Of a DNA stretch of 64,000 nt, positions 63,771 to 64,000 are shown one piece after another (the stretch's first letter is position 1; each line of letters starts with the position of its first letter). The notes below the pieces were generated by a model, which saw only the letters and a program-made list of their open reading frames with translations, was not told the origin of the DNA and did not search any database. Origin of the DNA: Octopus sinensis (taxonomy: Eukaryota). The stretch covers positions 81,468,001-81,532,000 of the forward strand of contig NC_042997.1 in the NCBI RefSeq assembly GCF_006345805.1, read 5' to 3'. Position numbers and translations under genes: made by a program.

Positions 63771-64000
63771 TATTATTATTATTCACATACACTCAACAGA
63801 TTAGACTGTTGGAAAAGAAAAGCATCCTAATATTGGGCTACAACAAGTAGCTTTACATACCAAGAACCCTTCTATTGGATTACAGCAAGTTTCTGTTCTC
63901 TTTATCTACTACTACCAAATCAGGCCTTCTAGCTTCTATTACTCTGTCAGTCTGAATGTTAAAGTCTCACATCTTGTATTTCTTACCTTCTAATACTTTA

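Overview
AT-rich, repeat-saturated animal genomic DNA. The SINE/LINE/MITE families and microsatellite style look like octopus (coleoid cephalopod); this is pattern recognition, not a database result. No host protein-coding gene can be called with confidence, although a repeat-free, CpG-retaining stretch at about 50.7-52.9 kb looks like a promoter. Most of the window is decayed mobile DNA: RTE LINEs, mariner and maT transposons, Helitron-type and MITE elements, R4/Dong-type and Penelope-like (PLE) fragments, tRNA-derived SINEs and two ORF1-only zinc-knuckle elements. The main discovery is an ORF-free array of about 491-bp units (14,489-20,548): 10.3 units in one orientation fused to about 2 inverted units, set in a (TA)n tract. 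Every full unit carries a type I hammerhead ribozyme motif (CUGAAGA...GAAA, GUA cleavage triplet, 8-bp stem I, palindromic stem-loop III) inside a heavily base-paired, G.U-rich RNA fold that includes a possible pseudoknot. This matches a non-LTR retrozyme-like system (tandem array, self-cleaved monomer, possible circular RNA). Three PLE-type relics elsewhere in the window show the same back-to-back inverted geometry and decayed hammerhead cores, which points to PLE machinery as the likely mobiliser. Ribozyme activity, expression and novelty are all untested inferences.
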